A stretch of 64,000 nt of DNA from Eledone cirrhosa (GCA_964016885.1 OZ024741.1:332134001-332198000), one strand, 5' to 3'; counted from the first letter of the stretch, positions 12,573 to 27,129 are shown. Program-made: numbers and translations. The notes: generated by a model not told the origin, from the letters alone.

Positions 12573-12960
12573 AGGCACATGGCTCAGTGGTTAGAGCATT
12601 GGCCTTGCAATTGAAAGGTTGTGAGTTTAATTCTCGGACCGGGTGATGTGTTGTTTCCTTGAGCAAGACACTTTATTTCACATTGCTCCAGTTTACTCAG
12701 CTGTAGAAATGAGATGATACGACTGGGGTCCCTATCATTCCACTGCAAAGTGGTCGTGGAGGTGCCACGGCAAAAAAACAAAAAAAAAAACACCCACCAC
12801 TCACTGTAAATGAAGTTGGTGTTAGGAAGGGCATCCAGCTGTAGAAATCAAGACAGAATCAGTTCCCGTATGAGCAAGACAAGGTCAGCCGACCGAACAC
12901 TGCCCACAACAGGACAACCCATGCTAGCGTAGAAGAACTGACATAAAATGATGATGATGA
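12573..12960 (+). mobile_element. tRNA-headed SINE with RTE-like 3' tail
   Basis: A box tggctcagtgg, B box gagtttaattc, central ccttgagcaagacactt, tail ggttggtgttaggaagggcatccagctgtagaaa...atgatgatga. Confidence 0.88.
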
Positions 12961-13019
12961 AATATAACAGAGTTTTATAGCTTGCTTGAAGCATTGATGA
13001 ATAGGAAACACAAATTTAA

Positions 13020-13340
13020 ATTTTGAAAACCAAGATGAGGGCCTTTGAACCCCAGGCTATTGCAATAGCTGCTCCTGATTTTAGATGTGGAAGACGTGGC
13101 CTGTTCAAGAATTGGTCCAGCTCTCGATGCGAAAGTTTGGTCTTAGTCCCCACCAGGATTTTCCATATGTATATCATTGCATATCTCTCCCATCTTCATT
13201 CCGAGGAGAAGAGTTTCAGTTCTTTTAGACTCTCCTAGTAGTTTATCTCCATCGTGGCAACCTTCTTAGTGTAGCTTCATTGGATTGCTTCAAACTCCAT
13301 GGTTAGTTTGATACAATGGGGTGACCACAGCTGGGAGCAT
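13020..13340 (-). mobile_element. CR1/L2-like LINE C-terminal fragment
   Basis: Minus strand reads CSQLWSP..EAIQ*SYTKKV..ESLKELKLFS..RWERYAMIYIWKIL, typical of the post-RT region of CR1/Jockey-group LINEs. Confidence 0.6.
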
Positions 13341-14040
13341 TCATTTCATTTTACGTCCACTTTTTCCCTGCTTGCAAGGGTGGGACGGGAACTGATTCTG
13401 GCTTGATTTCTACAGCTGGATGCCCTTCCTAACACCAACCTCATTTACAGTGAGTGCTGGGTGCTTTTTTTTCCCATGGCACCTCCACATCCACTTTACA
13501 GTGTGGGCTGGGTGCTTTTTTGCCGTGGCACCTCCACGACCACTTTGCAATGGAATGATAGGGACCCCCAGTCGTATCATCTCATTTCTACAGCTGAGTA
13601 AACTGGAGCAATGTGAAATAAAGTGTCTTGCTCAAGGAAACAACGCATCACCCGGTGTGAGAATTGAACTCACAACCTTTCGATTGCAAGGCCAATGCTC
13701 TCAATCATCATCATCATCATTTCATTTTACGTCCGCTTTTTCCCTGCTTGCAAGGGTGGGACGGGAACTGATTCTGGCTTGATTTTTACAGCTGGATGCC
13801 CTTCCTAACACCAACCTCATTTACAGTGAGTGCTGGGTGCTTTTTTGCCGTGGCACCTCCACGACCACTTTGCAGTGGAATGATAGGGACCCGAGTCCCT
13901 ATCATCTCATTTCTACAGCTGAGTAAACTGGAGCAATGTGAAATAAAGTGTCTTGCTCAAGGAAACAACACATCACCCGGTCTGAGAATTGAACTCACAA
14001 CCTTTCGATTGCAAGGCCAATGCTCTAACCACTAAACCAT
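13340..14040 (-). mobile_element. Two tandem copies of the tRNA/RTE-tail SINE (13340-13700, 13703-14040)
   Basis: Reverse complement of the 12573 and 39912 SINEs. Confidence 0.88.
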
Positions 14041-14073
14041 ATACTCACACATATATATAAACTAATACACACA

Positions 14074-14110
<37 letters not shown>

Positions 14111-14114
<4 letters not shown>

Positions 14115-14271
14115 ATAATAATACATATAAAGACTAAAATCCAAAGAGGGCTCGATAGGGATAAATATATATCAAATATATAAGAACCGTAGAGCAAATA
14201 TTTATTAAAATAACAGATTAAAGTTTAAGCAAAGAATCGGCTGCTTTCACCCTTAATGGGATCTTCTGAAA

Positions 14272-14310
<39 letters not shown>

Positions 14311-15084
14311 ATCTGTGAACGCAGAAGTAAATATTTCGAAAAACGTTGCAACCGAAGGAAGACAGGAAGGCGATACTTTGGTTCGTGGAGACGTAGTTTT
14401 AGGTATTTCTTCCTGCTTGGTACGGGTATGTTCTTTGTAGAAATATTCAGATGTTTCTGCATGATGAATATAAGTCAATAGAGTACTCAGTCAAGGGAGC
14501 CAAATAGTAATAATAATACATATGAAGACTAACATCCAAAGAGGGCTCGATAAGGATAAATATATATCAAATATATAAGAACCGTAGAGCAAATATTTAT
14601 TAAAATAACAGATTAAAGTCTAAGCAAATAATCGGCTCCTTTGACCCTTAATGGGATCTTCTGAAACTAAAAAAAAAAAATCAATGTGTGAACGCAGAAG
14701 TAAATATTTCGAAAAACATTGCAACCGAAGGAAGACAGGAAGACGATACTTTGGTTCGTGGAGACGTAGTTTTAGGTAATTCTTTCTGCTTGGTACGGGT
14801 ATGTTCTTTGTAGAAATATTCAGATGTTTCTGCATGATGAATATAAGTCAATAGAGTACTCAGTCAAGGGAGCCAAATAGTAATAATAATAATAAATTTG
14901 AAGACTAACATCCAAAGAGGGCTCGATAAGGATGAATATATATCAAATATATAAGAACCGTAGAGCAAATATTTATTAAAATAACAGATTAAAGTTTAAG
15001 CAAATAATCGGCTGCTTTGACCCTTAATGGGATCTTCTGAAACTAAAAAAAAAATCAATGTGTGAACGCAGAAGTAAATATTTC
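14111..15084 (-). repeat. Tandem 373-395-bp unit x2.6 with degenerate hammerhead motif (retrozyme/pLTR-like)
   Basis: Units start at 14111, 14506, 14879; abuts (TA)n; minus strand AGUUU CAGAAGA UCCC AUUAA GGGU GAAA GCAG..UUGC UU/AAACU at 14222-14273. Confidence 0.75.
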
Positions 15085-15229
15085 TAAGCCGACCTTTCCC
15101 AATTGCACCTCTCAAGGGCAATGACACACGACCATGACTTCTGGCGTCACACAGTAATACAGAAGACCCGACATTCCACAGAAACATATAGACAATATTT
15201 GTTTACCTTTGTTTTTTTATGTCCTATCA

Positions 15230-18200
15230 ACTAATCCGACCTCCAAAATGCTTGCAATTGACTATTTTTTTTAGCATATTAACAACAAATATGATTTCCA
15301 CTGCAATTAAAAATGACTAGCTTTGTGAATGGTTTTTCCACCCACTTTCTTCCTTCATTTTTCTACAAGGCTAATCATTGACGATAGGTTTCAAAGTTAT
15401 ATTCATTCATAATATGTGAAAAAAATAGTCAACTGCGAGCATTGGTGTGATGTAAATGGTTGGAGTAGGTGTTATGTAATAAATTTACCATATAGTGAAC
15501 TATGGTTATGGTGAATTTATGGTGTGGATTGGGGTAGATTAATGTCCTGTGGTGTGGTTTGTTATAAGTGAGGATTTAAATTTCCACTTTGATTTATGTT
15601 AGAAAAAAAATTTTTCCTTCATTTTTGCATGTGCTCTCAACTTCCAAGATGCTCGCAGTGGATTATGCTTTTAGCATATTAACAAAAAATATGACTTCCG
15701 CTGCAATAAAAAATGATTAGCTTTGTAAATGGTATTTCCACCCACATCCTCCCACTTTTTTCTACAAAGCTAGTCATTTTCATCAGGTTTCCATGTCATA
15801 ACCATTGATAATATGTGCATAAAATAGTAATTTGCGAGCCCCATTTATGTCAAATTGGGTGGTAAACACAAAAAAAAAAAAAAGAAAATTGCCAGATGAA
15901 AATTTGTCACACCAAAATCAACAGCTTGGTGTGATGTAGTATGGTGTGGTTTGGTGAACTTTCTACAAAGATAGTCATTTTCGACAGGTTTCCATGTCAT
16001 AATTACTGATAAGTGGAAAAAAAATAGTCAATTGGGAGCACCTTTAATGTCAGATTGGGTGGTAAGCAAGCACACACAAAAAAAAGGAAACGGGAAGAAA
16101 ATGTTTCACACCAAGATCAATAGCTTGGTGCGATGTAGTATGGTGTAACTTGGTATGGTGTGGTTTGGTTTGGTGAAGTTATGAAATGGAAACCAATTGT
16201 AAACGATAGATTACCATGTCATATTCATTGATAATGTGTGGGGAAATTAGTCATTTGCAAGCACCTTTGATGTTAGTTTGAGGTGGTACCCACAAAAAAA
16301 AAAAAAAAAGCAGGTAGCAAATTTGTCACATTGATCTCCATACCATGGTGTGATGTAAATGGTAGGTGTTCTGTAATAAATTTACCATATAGTGAACTAT
16401 GGTTATGGTGCATTTATGGTGTGGATTGGGGTAGATTAATGTGGTGTGGTGTGCTTCGTTATAAGTGAGGATTTGAATTTCCACTTTGATTTATGTTAGA
16501 AAAAAAATTTTTCCTTCATTTTTGCATGTGCTATCAACTTCCAAGATGCTCACAGTGGATTATGCTTTTAGCATATTAACAGAAAATATGACTTCCGCTG
16601 CAATAAAAAATGGCTAGCTTTGTAAATGGTATTTCCACCCACATCCTCCCTCTTTTTTCTACAAAGCTAGTCATTTTCATCAGGTTTCCATGTCATAACC
16701 ATTGATAATATGTGCATAAAATAGTAATTTGCGAGCCCCATTTATGTCAAATTGGGTGGTAAACACAAAAAAAAAAAAAAAAAAAATTGCCAGATGAAAA
16801 TTTGTCACACCAAAATCAATAGCTTGGTGTGATATAGTATCGTGTGGTTTTGTAAAGTTTCTACAAAGATAGTCATTTTCGACAGGTTTCCATGTCATAA
16901 TTACTGATAAGTGGAAAAAAAATAGTCAATTGGGAGCACCTTTAATGTCAGATTGGGTGGTAAGCAAGCACACACAAAAAAAAGGAAACGGGAAGAAAAT
17001 GTTTCACACCAAGATCAATAGCTTGGTGTGATGTAGTATGGTGTAACTTGGTATGGTGTGGTTTGGTTTGGTTTGGTGAAGTTATGAAATGGAAACCAAT
17101 TGTAAACGATAGATTCCCATGTCATATTCATTGATAATGTGTGGGGAAATTAGTCATTTGCAAGCACCTTTGATGTTAGTTTGAGGTGGTAACCACAAAA
17201 AAAAAAAGAAAGCAGGTAGCAAATTTGTCACATTGATCTCCATACCATGGTGTGATGTAAATGGTAGGTGTTCTGTAATAAATTTACCATATAGTGAACT
17301 ATGGTTATGGTGCATTTATGGTGTGGATTGGGGTAGATTAATGTGGTGTGGTGTGTTTTGTTATAAGTGAGGATTTAAATTTCCACTTTGATTTATGTTA
17401 GAAAAAAAATTTTTCCTTCATTTTTGCATGTGCTCTCAACTTCCAAGATGCTCGCAGTGGATTATGCTTTTAGCATATTAACAAAAAATATGACTTCCGC
17501 TGCAATAAAAAATGATTAGCTTTGTAAATGGTATTTCCACCCACATCCTCCCTCTTTTTTCTACAAAGCTAGTCATTTTCATCAGGTTTCCATGTCATAA
17601 CCATTGATAATATGTGCATAAAATAGTAATTTGCGAGCCCCATTTATGTCAAATTGGGTGGTAAACACGAAAAAAAAAAAAATTGCCAGATTAAAATTTG
17701 TCACACCAAAATCAATAGCTTGGTGTGATGTAGTATGGTGTGGTTTTGTACAGTTTCTACAAAGATAGTCATTTTCGACAGGTTTCCATGTCATAATTAC
17801 TGATAAGTGGAAAAAAAATAGTCAATTGGGAGCACCTTTAATGTCAGATTGGGTGGTAAGCAAGCACACACAAAAAAAAAAGGGAAACGGGAAGAAAATG
17901 TTTCACACCAAGATCAATAGCTTGGTGCGATGTAGTATGGTGTAACTTGGTATGGTGTGGTTTGGTTTGGTTTGGTGAAGTGATGAAATGGAAACCAATT
18001 GTAAACGATAGATTACCATGTCATATTCATTGATAATGTGTGGGGAAATTAGTCATTTGCAAGCACCTTTGATGTTAGTTTGAAGTGGTAACCACAAAAA
18101 AAAAAAAAAAGCAGGTAGCAAATTTGTCACATTGATCTCCATACCATGGTGTGATGTAAATGGTAGGTGTTCTGTAATAAATTTACCATATAGTGAACTA

Positions 18201-21200
18201 TGGTTATGGTGCATTTATGGTGTGGATTGGGGTAGATTAATGTGGTGTGGTGTGCTTCGTTATAAGTGAGGATTTGAATTTCCACTTTGATTTATGTTAG
18301 AAATAAAATTTTTCCTTCATTTTTGCATGTGCTATCAACTTCCAAGATGCTCGCAGTGGATTATGCTTTTAGCATATTAACAAAAAATATGACTTCCGCT
18401 GCAATAAAAAATGATTAGCTTTGTAAATGGTATTTCCACCCACATCCTCCCTCTTTTTTCTACAAAGCTAGTCATTTTCATCAGGTTTCCATGTCATAAC
18501 CATTGATAATATGTGCATAAAATAGTAATTTGCGAGCCCCATTTATGTCAAATTGGGTGGTAAACACAAAAAAAAAAAAAAAAAAAAAAATTGCCAGATG
18601 AAAATTTGTCACACCAAAATCAATAGCTTGGTGTGATGTAGTATGGTGTGGTTTGGTGAACTTTCTACAAAGATAGTCATTTTCGACAGGTTTCCATGTC
18701 ATAATTACTGATAAGTGGAAAAAAAATAGTCAATTGGGAGCACCTTTAATGTCAGATTGGGTGGTAAGCAAGCACACACAAAAAAAAGGAAACGGGAAGA
18801 AAATGTTTCACACCAAGATCAATAGCTTGGTGCGATGTAGTATGGTGTAACTTGGTATGGTGTGGTTTGGTTTGGTGAAGTTATGAAATGGAAACCAATT
18901 GTAAACGATAGATTACCATGTCATATTCATTGATAATGTGTGGGGAAATTAGTCATTTGCAAGCACCTTTGATGTTAGTTTGAGGTGGTAACCACAAAAA
19001 AAAAAAAAAAAAGCAGGTAGCAAATTTGTCACATTGATCTCCATACCATGGTGTGATGTAAATGGTAGGTGTTCTGTAATAAATTTACCATATAGTGAAC
19101 TATGGTTATGGTGCATTTATGGTGTGGATTGGGGTAGATTAATGTGGTGTGGTGTGCTTCGTTATAAGTGAGGATTTGAATTTCCACTTTGATTTATGTT
19201 AGAAAAAAAATTTTTCCTTCATTTTTGCATGTGCTATCAACTTCCAAGATGCTCGCAGTGGATTATGCTTTTAGCATATTAACAAAAAATATGACTTCCG
19301 CTGCAATAAAAAATGATTAGCTTTGTAAATGGTATTTCCACCCACATCCTCCCTCTTTTTTCTACAAAGCTAGTCATTTTCATCAGGTTTCCATGTCATA
19401 ACCATTGATAATATGTGCATAAAATAGTAATTTGCGAGCCCCATTTATGTCAAATTGGGTGGTAAACACAAAAAAAAAAAAAAAAAATTGCCAGATGAAA
19501 ATTTGTCACACCAAAATCAATAGCTTGGTGTGATATAGTATCGTGTGGTTTTGTAAAGTTTCTACAAAGATAGTCATTTTCGACAGGTTTCCATGTCATA
19601 ATTACTGATAAGTGGAAAAAAAATAGTCAATTGGGAGCACCTTTAATGTCAGATTGGGTGGTAAGCAAGCACACACAAAAAAAAGGAAACGGGAAGAAAA
19701 TGTTTCACACCAAGATCAATAGCTTGGTGTGATGTAGTATGGTGTAACCTGGTATGGTGTGGTTTGGTTTGGTTTGGTGAAGTTATGAAATGGAAACCAA
19801 TTGTAAACAATAGATTCCCATGTCATATTCATTGATAATGTGTGGGGAAATTAGTCATTTGCAAGCACCTTTGATGTTAGTTTGAGGTGGTAACCACAAA
19901 AAAAAAAAAGAAAGCAGGTAGCAAATTTGTCACATTGATCTCCATACCATGGTGTGATGTAAATGGTAGGTGTTCTGTAATAAATTTACCATATAGTGAA
20001 CTATGGTTATGGTGCATTTATGGTGTGGATTGGGGTAGATTAATGTGGTGTGGTGTGTTTTGTTATAAGTGAGGATTTAAATTTCCACTTTGATTTATGT
20101 TAGAAAAAAAATTTTTCCTTCATTTTTGCATGTGCTATCAACTTCCAAGATGCTCGCAGTGGATTATGCTTTTAGCATATTAACAAAAAATATGACTTCC
20201 GCTGCAATAAAAAATGATTAGCTTTGTAAATGGTATTTCCACCCACATCCTCCCTCTTTTTTCTACAAAGCTAGTCATTTTCATCAGGTTTCCATGTCAT
20301 AACCATTGATAATATGTGCATAAAATAGTAATTTGCGAGCCCCATTTATGTCAAATTGGGTGGTAAACACAAAAAAAAAAAAAATTGCCAGATTAAAATT
20401 TGTCACACCAAAATCAATAGCTTGGTGTGATGTAGTATGGTGTGGTTTTGTACAGTTTCTACAAAGATAGTCATTTTCGACAGGTTTCCATGTCATAATT
20501 ACTGATAAGTGGAAAAAAAATAGTCAATTGGGAGCACCTTTAATGTCAGATTGGGTGGTAAGCAAGCACACACAAAAAAAAGGGAAACGGGAAGAAAATG
20601 TTTCACACCAAGATCAATAGCTTGGTGCGATGTAGTATGGTGTAACTTGGTATGGTGTGGTTTGGTTTGGTTTGGTGAAGTGATGAAATGGAAACCAATT
20701 GTAAACGAAAGATTCCCATGTCATATTCATTGATAATGTGTGGGGAAATTAGTCATTTGCAAGCACCTTTGATGTTAGTTTGAAGTGGTAACCACAAAAA
20801 AAAAAAAAAAAGCAGGTAGCAAATTTGTCACATTGATCTCCATACCATGGTGTGATGTAAATGGTAGGTGTTCTGTAATAAATTTACCATATAGTGAACT
20901 ATGGTTATGGTGCATTTATGGTGTGGATTGGGGTAGATTAATGTGGTGTGGTGTGCTTCGTTATAAGTGAGGATTTGAATTTCCACTTTGATTTATGTTA
21001 GAAAAAAAATTTTTCCTTCATTTTTGCATGTGCTATCAACTTCCAAGATGCTCGCAGTGGATTATGCTTTTAGCATATTAACAAAAAATATGACTTCCGC
21101 TGCAATAAAAAATGATTAGCTTTGTAAATGGTATTTCCACCCACATCCTCCCTCTTTTTTCTACAAAGCTAGTCATTTTCATCAGGTTTCCATGTCATAA

Positions 21201-22400
21201 CCATTGATAATATGTGCATAAAATAGTAATTTGCGAGCCCCATTTATGTCAAATTGGGTGGTAAACACACAAAAAAAAAAAAAAAAAAAAAAAAAATTGC
21301 CAGATTAAAATTTATCACACCAAAATCAATAGCTTGGTGTGATGTAGTATGGTGTGGTTTGGTGAACTTTCTACAAAGATAGTCATTTTCGACAGGTTTC
21401 CATGTCATAATTACTGATAAGTGGAAAAAAAATAGTCAATTGGGAGCACCTTTAATGTCAGATTGGGTGGTAAGCAAGCACACACAAAAAAAAGGAAACG
21501 GGAAGAAAATGTTTCACACCAAGATCAATAGCTTGGTGCGATGTAGTATGGTGCAACTTGGTATGGTGTGGTTTGGGGTAGATTAATGTGGTGTGGTGTG
21601 CTTTGTTATAAGTAAGGAATTAAATTTCCACTTTGATTTATGTAAGAAAAAAATTTTTTCCTTCACTTTTACATGTGCTATCAACTAATTCAACTTCCAA
21701 GATGCTCGCAGTGGACTATGCTTTTAGCATATTAAGAAAAAATATGACTTCCGCTGCAATAAAAAATGACTAGCTTTGTAAATGGTATTTCCACCCACAT
21801 CCTCCATCTTTTTTCTACAAAGCTAGTTATTTTCGACAGTTTTCCATGTCATAATTATTGATATGTGCGAAAAGTAGTCAATTGCAGCACCTTTGATGTC
21901 AGATTGGGTGGTAAGAAAACACACAAAAAAAAAAGAAACAGGAAGAAAGTTTTTCACACTGAGATCAAAAGCATGGTGTGATGTCGAATGGTGTAGTTAG
22001 TTTGTTATGGTGTGGTTTGGATTGTTGTAGTTATGACATGGGAACCTATTGCAAATGATAGGTTTCCTTGTTATATACATTGATAATGTGTAAAAAAAAT
22101 AGTCATTTGTGAGCACCTTTGATATCAGATTGGGTGGTAAGCACACACACAGGAAAAAAAAAAAACAGGAAGAAAAATGTTCTCACTGAGATTAATAGAA
22201 TGGTGTGATGTAGTATGGTGTAGTTTGTTATGGTGTGGTTTGGTTTGGTGTAGTTTGGTTTGGTGTAGTTTGGTATGGTTTAGTTTGGTATGGTTTAGTT
22301 TGGTATGGTTTAGTTTGGTATGGTTTAGTTTTGTGTAGTTATAACATGGAAATCTATCATAAATTTACCAAGGTATAGTATAATCTGGTTTGGTGTAGTT
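15230..22400. repeat. ~900-bp satellite (about 7 near-identical monomers with diverged flanks), ~200-bp subrepeats and 2.7-kb higher-order repeat
   Basis: gtaataaatttaccatatagtg recurs at ~15476, 16373, 17275, 18174, 19076, 19977, 20875. Confidence 0.95.
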
Positions 22401-22544
22401 TAGGTTAGTGTGGTGTGGTGTGTTATTGTGTTGCATCGTATAGCGTGATTCTCTTTAAATTAAAATCATTAAAATGTAATGCCTATCTTCTATATCTTAA
22501 AGAGTGACTTTAAATGTGATTGCAAATGACTTTTTTCTCTGGAT

Positions 22545-25500
22545 TAATGTTAGATTTAGGGTTAGTGTTAGGGTAAGTTTTACTGTTAATGGTAAGTTTA
22601 TTGTTAGTGACTGTGTTACTGTTAGCATTACTGTCACTGTTAGTGTTACTGTAACTGTTACTCTTTGCGTTACTGTCTGCATCAGCGTTAGCATTTGCAT
22701 AAGCGTCTATGTAAGCTTTTGTGTTAGTGTCTATGTAGACTGGTGTTAGCATCTGCGTTAGTGTTTGGATTAGCCTTAGTGTTTGCGTAAATGTCAGCAT
22801 TTGCGTCAGCGTCTGCATTGGTGATAGTGATTGTGTCAGCATTTCCCTTAGCATCTGAGTCAACATTAGTCTTAGCATTAGTGTTTGTTTCAGTGCCTAC
22901 GTCTACGTCAGCTTCTGAGTCAGCATTATCATTCACGTCCGCATCAGCACTTGTGTCAGTGTCAGCATTTCCCTCAGTGTCAGCGTTTGCATCAGCGTGC
23001 ACATCAGCATTTGCATTAGTGTTTGAGTCAGTGTGTAGGGGTTAGCATTTGCGTCAGCATCTGCATCAGCATTCACATTAGCATTAGCGTTTGCGACAGC
23101 GTTTCCTTTAGCGTCTGTGTCAGCGTGTACGTTAGCTTCTATGTCAGCATTTCCATTAGCATCTATGTCAGCATTTCCGTTAGCTTCTACGTCAGCATTT
23201 CCGTTAGCATCTATGTCAGTGTTTCCGTTAGCTACTACGTCAGCGTTTCCGACCGCGTCTGTGTCAGCGTCAGTATTTACATCTACATCAGCGTCAGCGT
23301 TTCAGTTAACGTCAGTGTTTACGTTAGCGTCTGTGTCAGCATTTACGTTAGCGTCTGTGTCAGCGTTTACGTCTGTGTCAGCGTTTACGTTAGCGTCTGT
23401 GTCAGCGTTTACGTCTGTGTCAGCGTTTACGTTAGCGTCTGTGTCAGCGTTTACGCCTGTGTCAGCGTTTACGTTAGCGTCTGTGTCAGCGTTTACGTTA
23501 GCTTCTACGTCAGCGTTTCCGTAACGTGTATGTCAGCGTTTTCCGTTAGCATTGGCGTTTCCATTAACCTTTCCTGTGGCGTCCGCATCAATGCAGCGTC
23601 TGCATATCCCATGTAAGCGTTAACTTCAGCATTTGCGTCAGCGTTAGCGTTAGCCTTAGCCCTAGCGTCCACATCAGCATTTGCGTTAGCGTCAGCATAC
23701 ACGTCAGCGCCGGCAAAACTGCCTCAACATTCGCGTCAGCGTTAGCTTGGCTTTGGCTTCAGCAATCCGCATCAACAATTGCGTTTTGGAGATCAGCTTC
23801 GGCGGTAAGGGTAAACGCTAACTTCTACGCCTGCTTCTACGTAACAACTACGTCAGCGTTTACGTTAGCTTCTACATCAGCACCTACGTTAGCTTCTACG
23901 TCAGCATCTACATTAGCTTCTAAGTCAGCGCTTACAATAGTGTCTGTGTCAGCGTTAGCTTCTACATCAGCGTCTGTATTTACATCTACATCAGCGTCAG
24001 CGTTTACATTTCCGTCTGTGTCAGCGTTACGTTAGCTTCTACGTCATCGTTTACGTTAGCGTCTGTGTCAACGTGTGTTAGCATCTGTGTCAGCGTTTAT
24101 GTTAGCCTCTGCGTCAGTGTTTATATTAACATCTGCGTCAGTGTTTACGTTAGCATCTGTGTTAACGTGTGTTAGCGTCTGTGTCAGCATTTTCATTAGT
24201 GTTTGCATCATTGTTTCCTTTAGCTTCTACATCAATGTTTACGTCTGCGTTAAGGTTCACATTAGCATCACTGTCATCGTTTGCGTCAGCATTTGCGTTT
24301 GCTTTAACATCTGCATCAGCATTTGCGTCTGTGTTTGCATTAGTGTCTGCATTTGCTTTAGTGTTTGCATCAGCATGAGCATTTGTGTCAGTGTCCACGT
24401 CAGCGTTAGAGTCTGTATAGCATTTACATCAGCGTGTGCGTCAGAGTCTTTGTCAGCATTCGCCTTTGCACCTGCATCAGTATTCACATTAGCGTTTGTG
24501 TCAACATTTGCGCTAGCGTTTGTGCCAGCATAGCCATCTTCGTCAGTGTCAACGTTGGCGTTAGTGTTAGTGTTTCCATTAGTGTTCGTGTTTGATTTTG
24601 TATTAGTGTTAGCATTTTTGTTTGTGTTAGTGTTCAGGTTAATGTTGACTTAGTTTTCTGGTTAGTGTTAGTTTCAGATTAGGGCTCGTGTTACTTTTAA
24701 TGTTAGTGCTCAGGTTAGTGGTTTATGGTAGTGTTAGTTTTAGTGGTAGTGTTAGTGTTCAGGTTAATGTTCGTGTTAATGTCAGTTTTAGTGTTAGTGT
24801 TCAGGTTAGTGTTTACGGTAGTGTCAGTTTTAGTGTTAGTGTTATTTTTTCCGTTAGTGTTAGTGTTTTATTTTGTGTTAATGTTTGTGTTAGTGTTTCC
24901 ATTAGTGTTAGTGCTAGTCTTTGTTTTTCTGTTAATGTTAGTGTTGGTTTTAGTGTTGAGGTTAATGTTAGCTTAGTTTTCTGGTTAGTATCAGTTTTCG
25001 TGTTAGTTTTAGTGTTAGTGTTCAGGTTAATGTTAGTGTTTTTTTTTAGTGTTAATTTTTATGGTTGTGTTAGTGCTCAGACCAGTGTTAGTGTTTGTGT
25101 TACTGTTTATGGTAGTGTTAGTTTTAGTTTTAGTGCTAGTGTTTAGGTTAATGTTAGTTTTAGTGTAAGTGTTCAGGTTAGTGTTAGTGTTAGTTTTAGT
25201 GTTAAGGTTAGTGTTAGATATTGTGTTAGTGTTTGTTTTTGTGTTAATATTTGTGTTAGTATCTCTGTTAGCATTAGTGATTGATGTTTCCATTAGTGTT
25301 AGTGATTGTGTTAGCGTTAGTCTTTGTTTTTGTGTTAATGTTAGCATTACTATTTCTGTTAGTGTTAGCATGAGTGTTTGTGTTAGTGTTCAGGTTAATG
25401 TTAGCTTAGTTTTCAGGTTAGTGTTAGTGTTCAAGTTAATGTTAGTTTTAGTGTTAGAGATTGTGTTAGTGTTTGTTTTTGTGTTAATATTTGTGTTAGT

Positions 25501-26320
25501 ATCTCTGTTAGTGTTAGTTTTAGTGTAAGTGTTCAGGTTAGTGTTCAAGTTAATGTTAGTGTTAGTTTTAGTGTTAGTATTTGTTTTCATTAGTGTTAGT
25601 GATTGTGTTAGTCTTTGTCTTTAGCGTTAATGTTAGCATTAGTATTTCTGTTAGTGTTAGCATTAGTGTTTATGTTAGTGTTCAGGTTAATGTTAGCTTA
25701 GTTTTCAGGTTACAGTTAGTGTTCAAGTTAATGTTAGTTTTAGTGTTAGTGTTGAGGTTAGTGTTAGAGATTGTGTTAGTGTTTGTTTTTGTGTTAATAT
25801 TTGTGTTAGTATCTCTGTTAGCGTTAGTGTTTGTTTTAGTGTTGAAGTTAATGTTAGCTTAGTTTTCTGGTTCGTATCAGTTTTCAGATTAGTGTTTGTG
25901 TTAGTGTTACTTTTAGTGTTAGTGCTCAGGTCAGTGTTAGTGTTAGTGTTTATGGTCGTGTTAGTTTTAGTGTTAGTGTTCAGGCTAATGTTTGTGCTAA
26001 TGTTAGTTTTAGTGTAAGTGTTCAGGTTAGTGTTAGTGTTTGTATTAGTGTTTACGGTAGTGTTAGTTTTAGTGCTGATGTTCAGGTTAGTGTTAGTGTC
26101 AGTTTTAGTGTTAGCGTTCAGGTTAGTGTTTGGGTTAGTTTTAGTGTTAGTTTTCAGGTTAGTGTTTGTGTTAGTTTTCTATTTAATGTTAGTTTTCAGA
26201 TTTTGTGTTTGTGTTAGTTTTCATGTTAGCGCTAAGTTCACTGTTAGAGCATGTGTGAGTGCAAGTGTTAGGGTAAGTGTTATTTTTAAAGTTCGGTTTT
26301 AGCTTAAAGTTAGGGTTTCT
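22545..26320. repeat. Degenerate hexamer array (TTAGTG/TCAGCG/TCAGCA/TTAGGG-related)
   Basis: Continuous 6-bp periodicity; gives low-complexity SV/TN/AD pseudo-ORFs. Confidence 0.9.
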
Positions 26321-27129
26321 ACTTTCCAGGAAAAAAGTTGATCCTCTCTAACTTGAGTGGTGTGATATAGTGTAGTAAAGTATCGTGTTTCATAGTCTTG
26401 TGTGCTGTTGTCTATTGTTGTATAGTGTAGTATGGTATATTGTTTCATAGCATGGTCTGATGTGAGGTCGTACAGTGTTTCGTAGTGTGGTGTTGGATAA
26501 TGTGGTATGGTATAATGTTTGTCAGTGCGGTGTGGCATGGTATGGTATAGGTTGATGTAGTGTGGCTTAGTTTGATTATAATAATACAAATAATAATAAC
26601 AATAATAATAGTAATAATAATTGTTCTTCTTGTTCATTTTCTTTGTCTTCTGTGCCTTTGACTTCTTCTGTGCCTTTGACTTCTCCTCTGCCATCTAAAT
26701 ACCAAAAACAAAGAATGTAAAACATATATGTTGCCTATCTCTCAGACTTTACAAAGTGCTGAGGAGATAAAGTTAATTTAAAGAGCAGTGTGCTCATGCA
26801 TTGTGATCCTATAATGTAGCTTATAAGCTATTTCATAACTAAAAAACAATGTCAAACATTAACAAAAGTATATACAAATATCTTTGAATGTTTAAGTTAA
26901 ACCTAAATAGATCGTATCTACAGGTCATTAGGCTAAGGCTGAACTAAGATCATATCTATAAATCATTAGGTTTAGACTGAACTGAGATCATACTTTCTTC
27001 TTCTTTTCGTCATCTTCGTTTCCCGTGTCTTCTTTGTCTTTGTTGTCATTTTCATTTTAGTCGTCTGCTTCGTCGTCTTTTTCTTCTTTTCCATCTAAAT
27101 ATAAAAAAATATTGTAAACAAATATATAG

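Noticed and set aside
16283-20970. Repeated 60-73 aa ORFs in the satellite
   Set aside because: Frames depend on variable poly(A) lengths and show no domain similarity
22497-26302. Many SV/AD/TN/LV-rich ORFs resembling antifreeze or structural proteins
   Set aside because: By-products of hexamer periodicity; open in several frames and on both strands, with frequent stops
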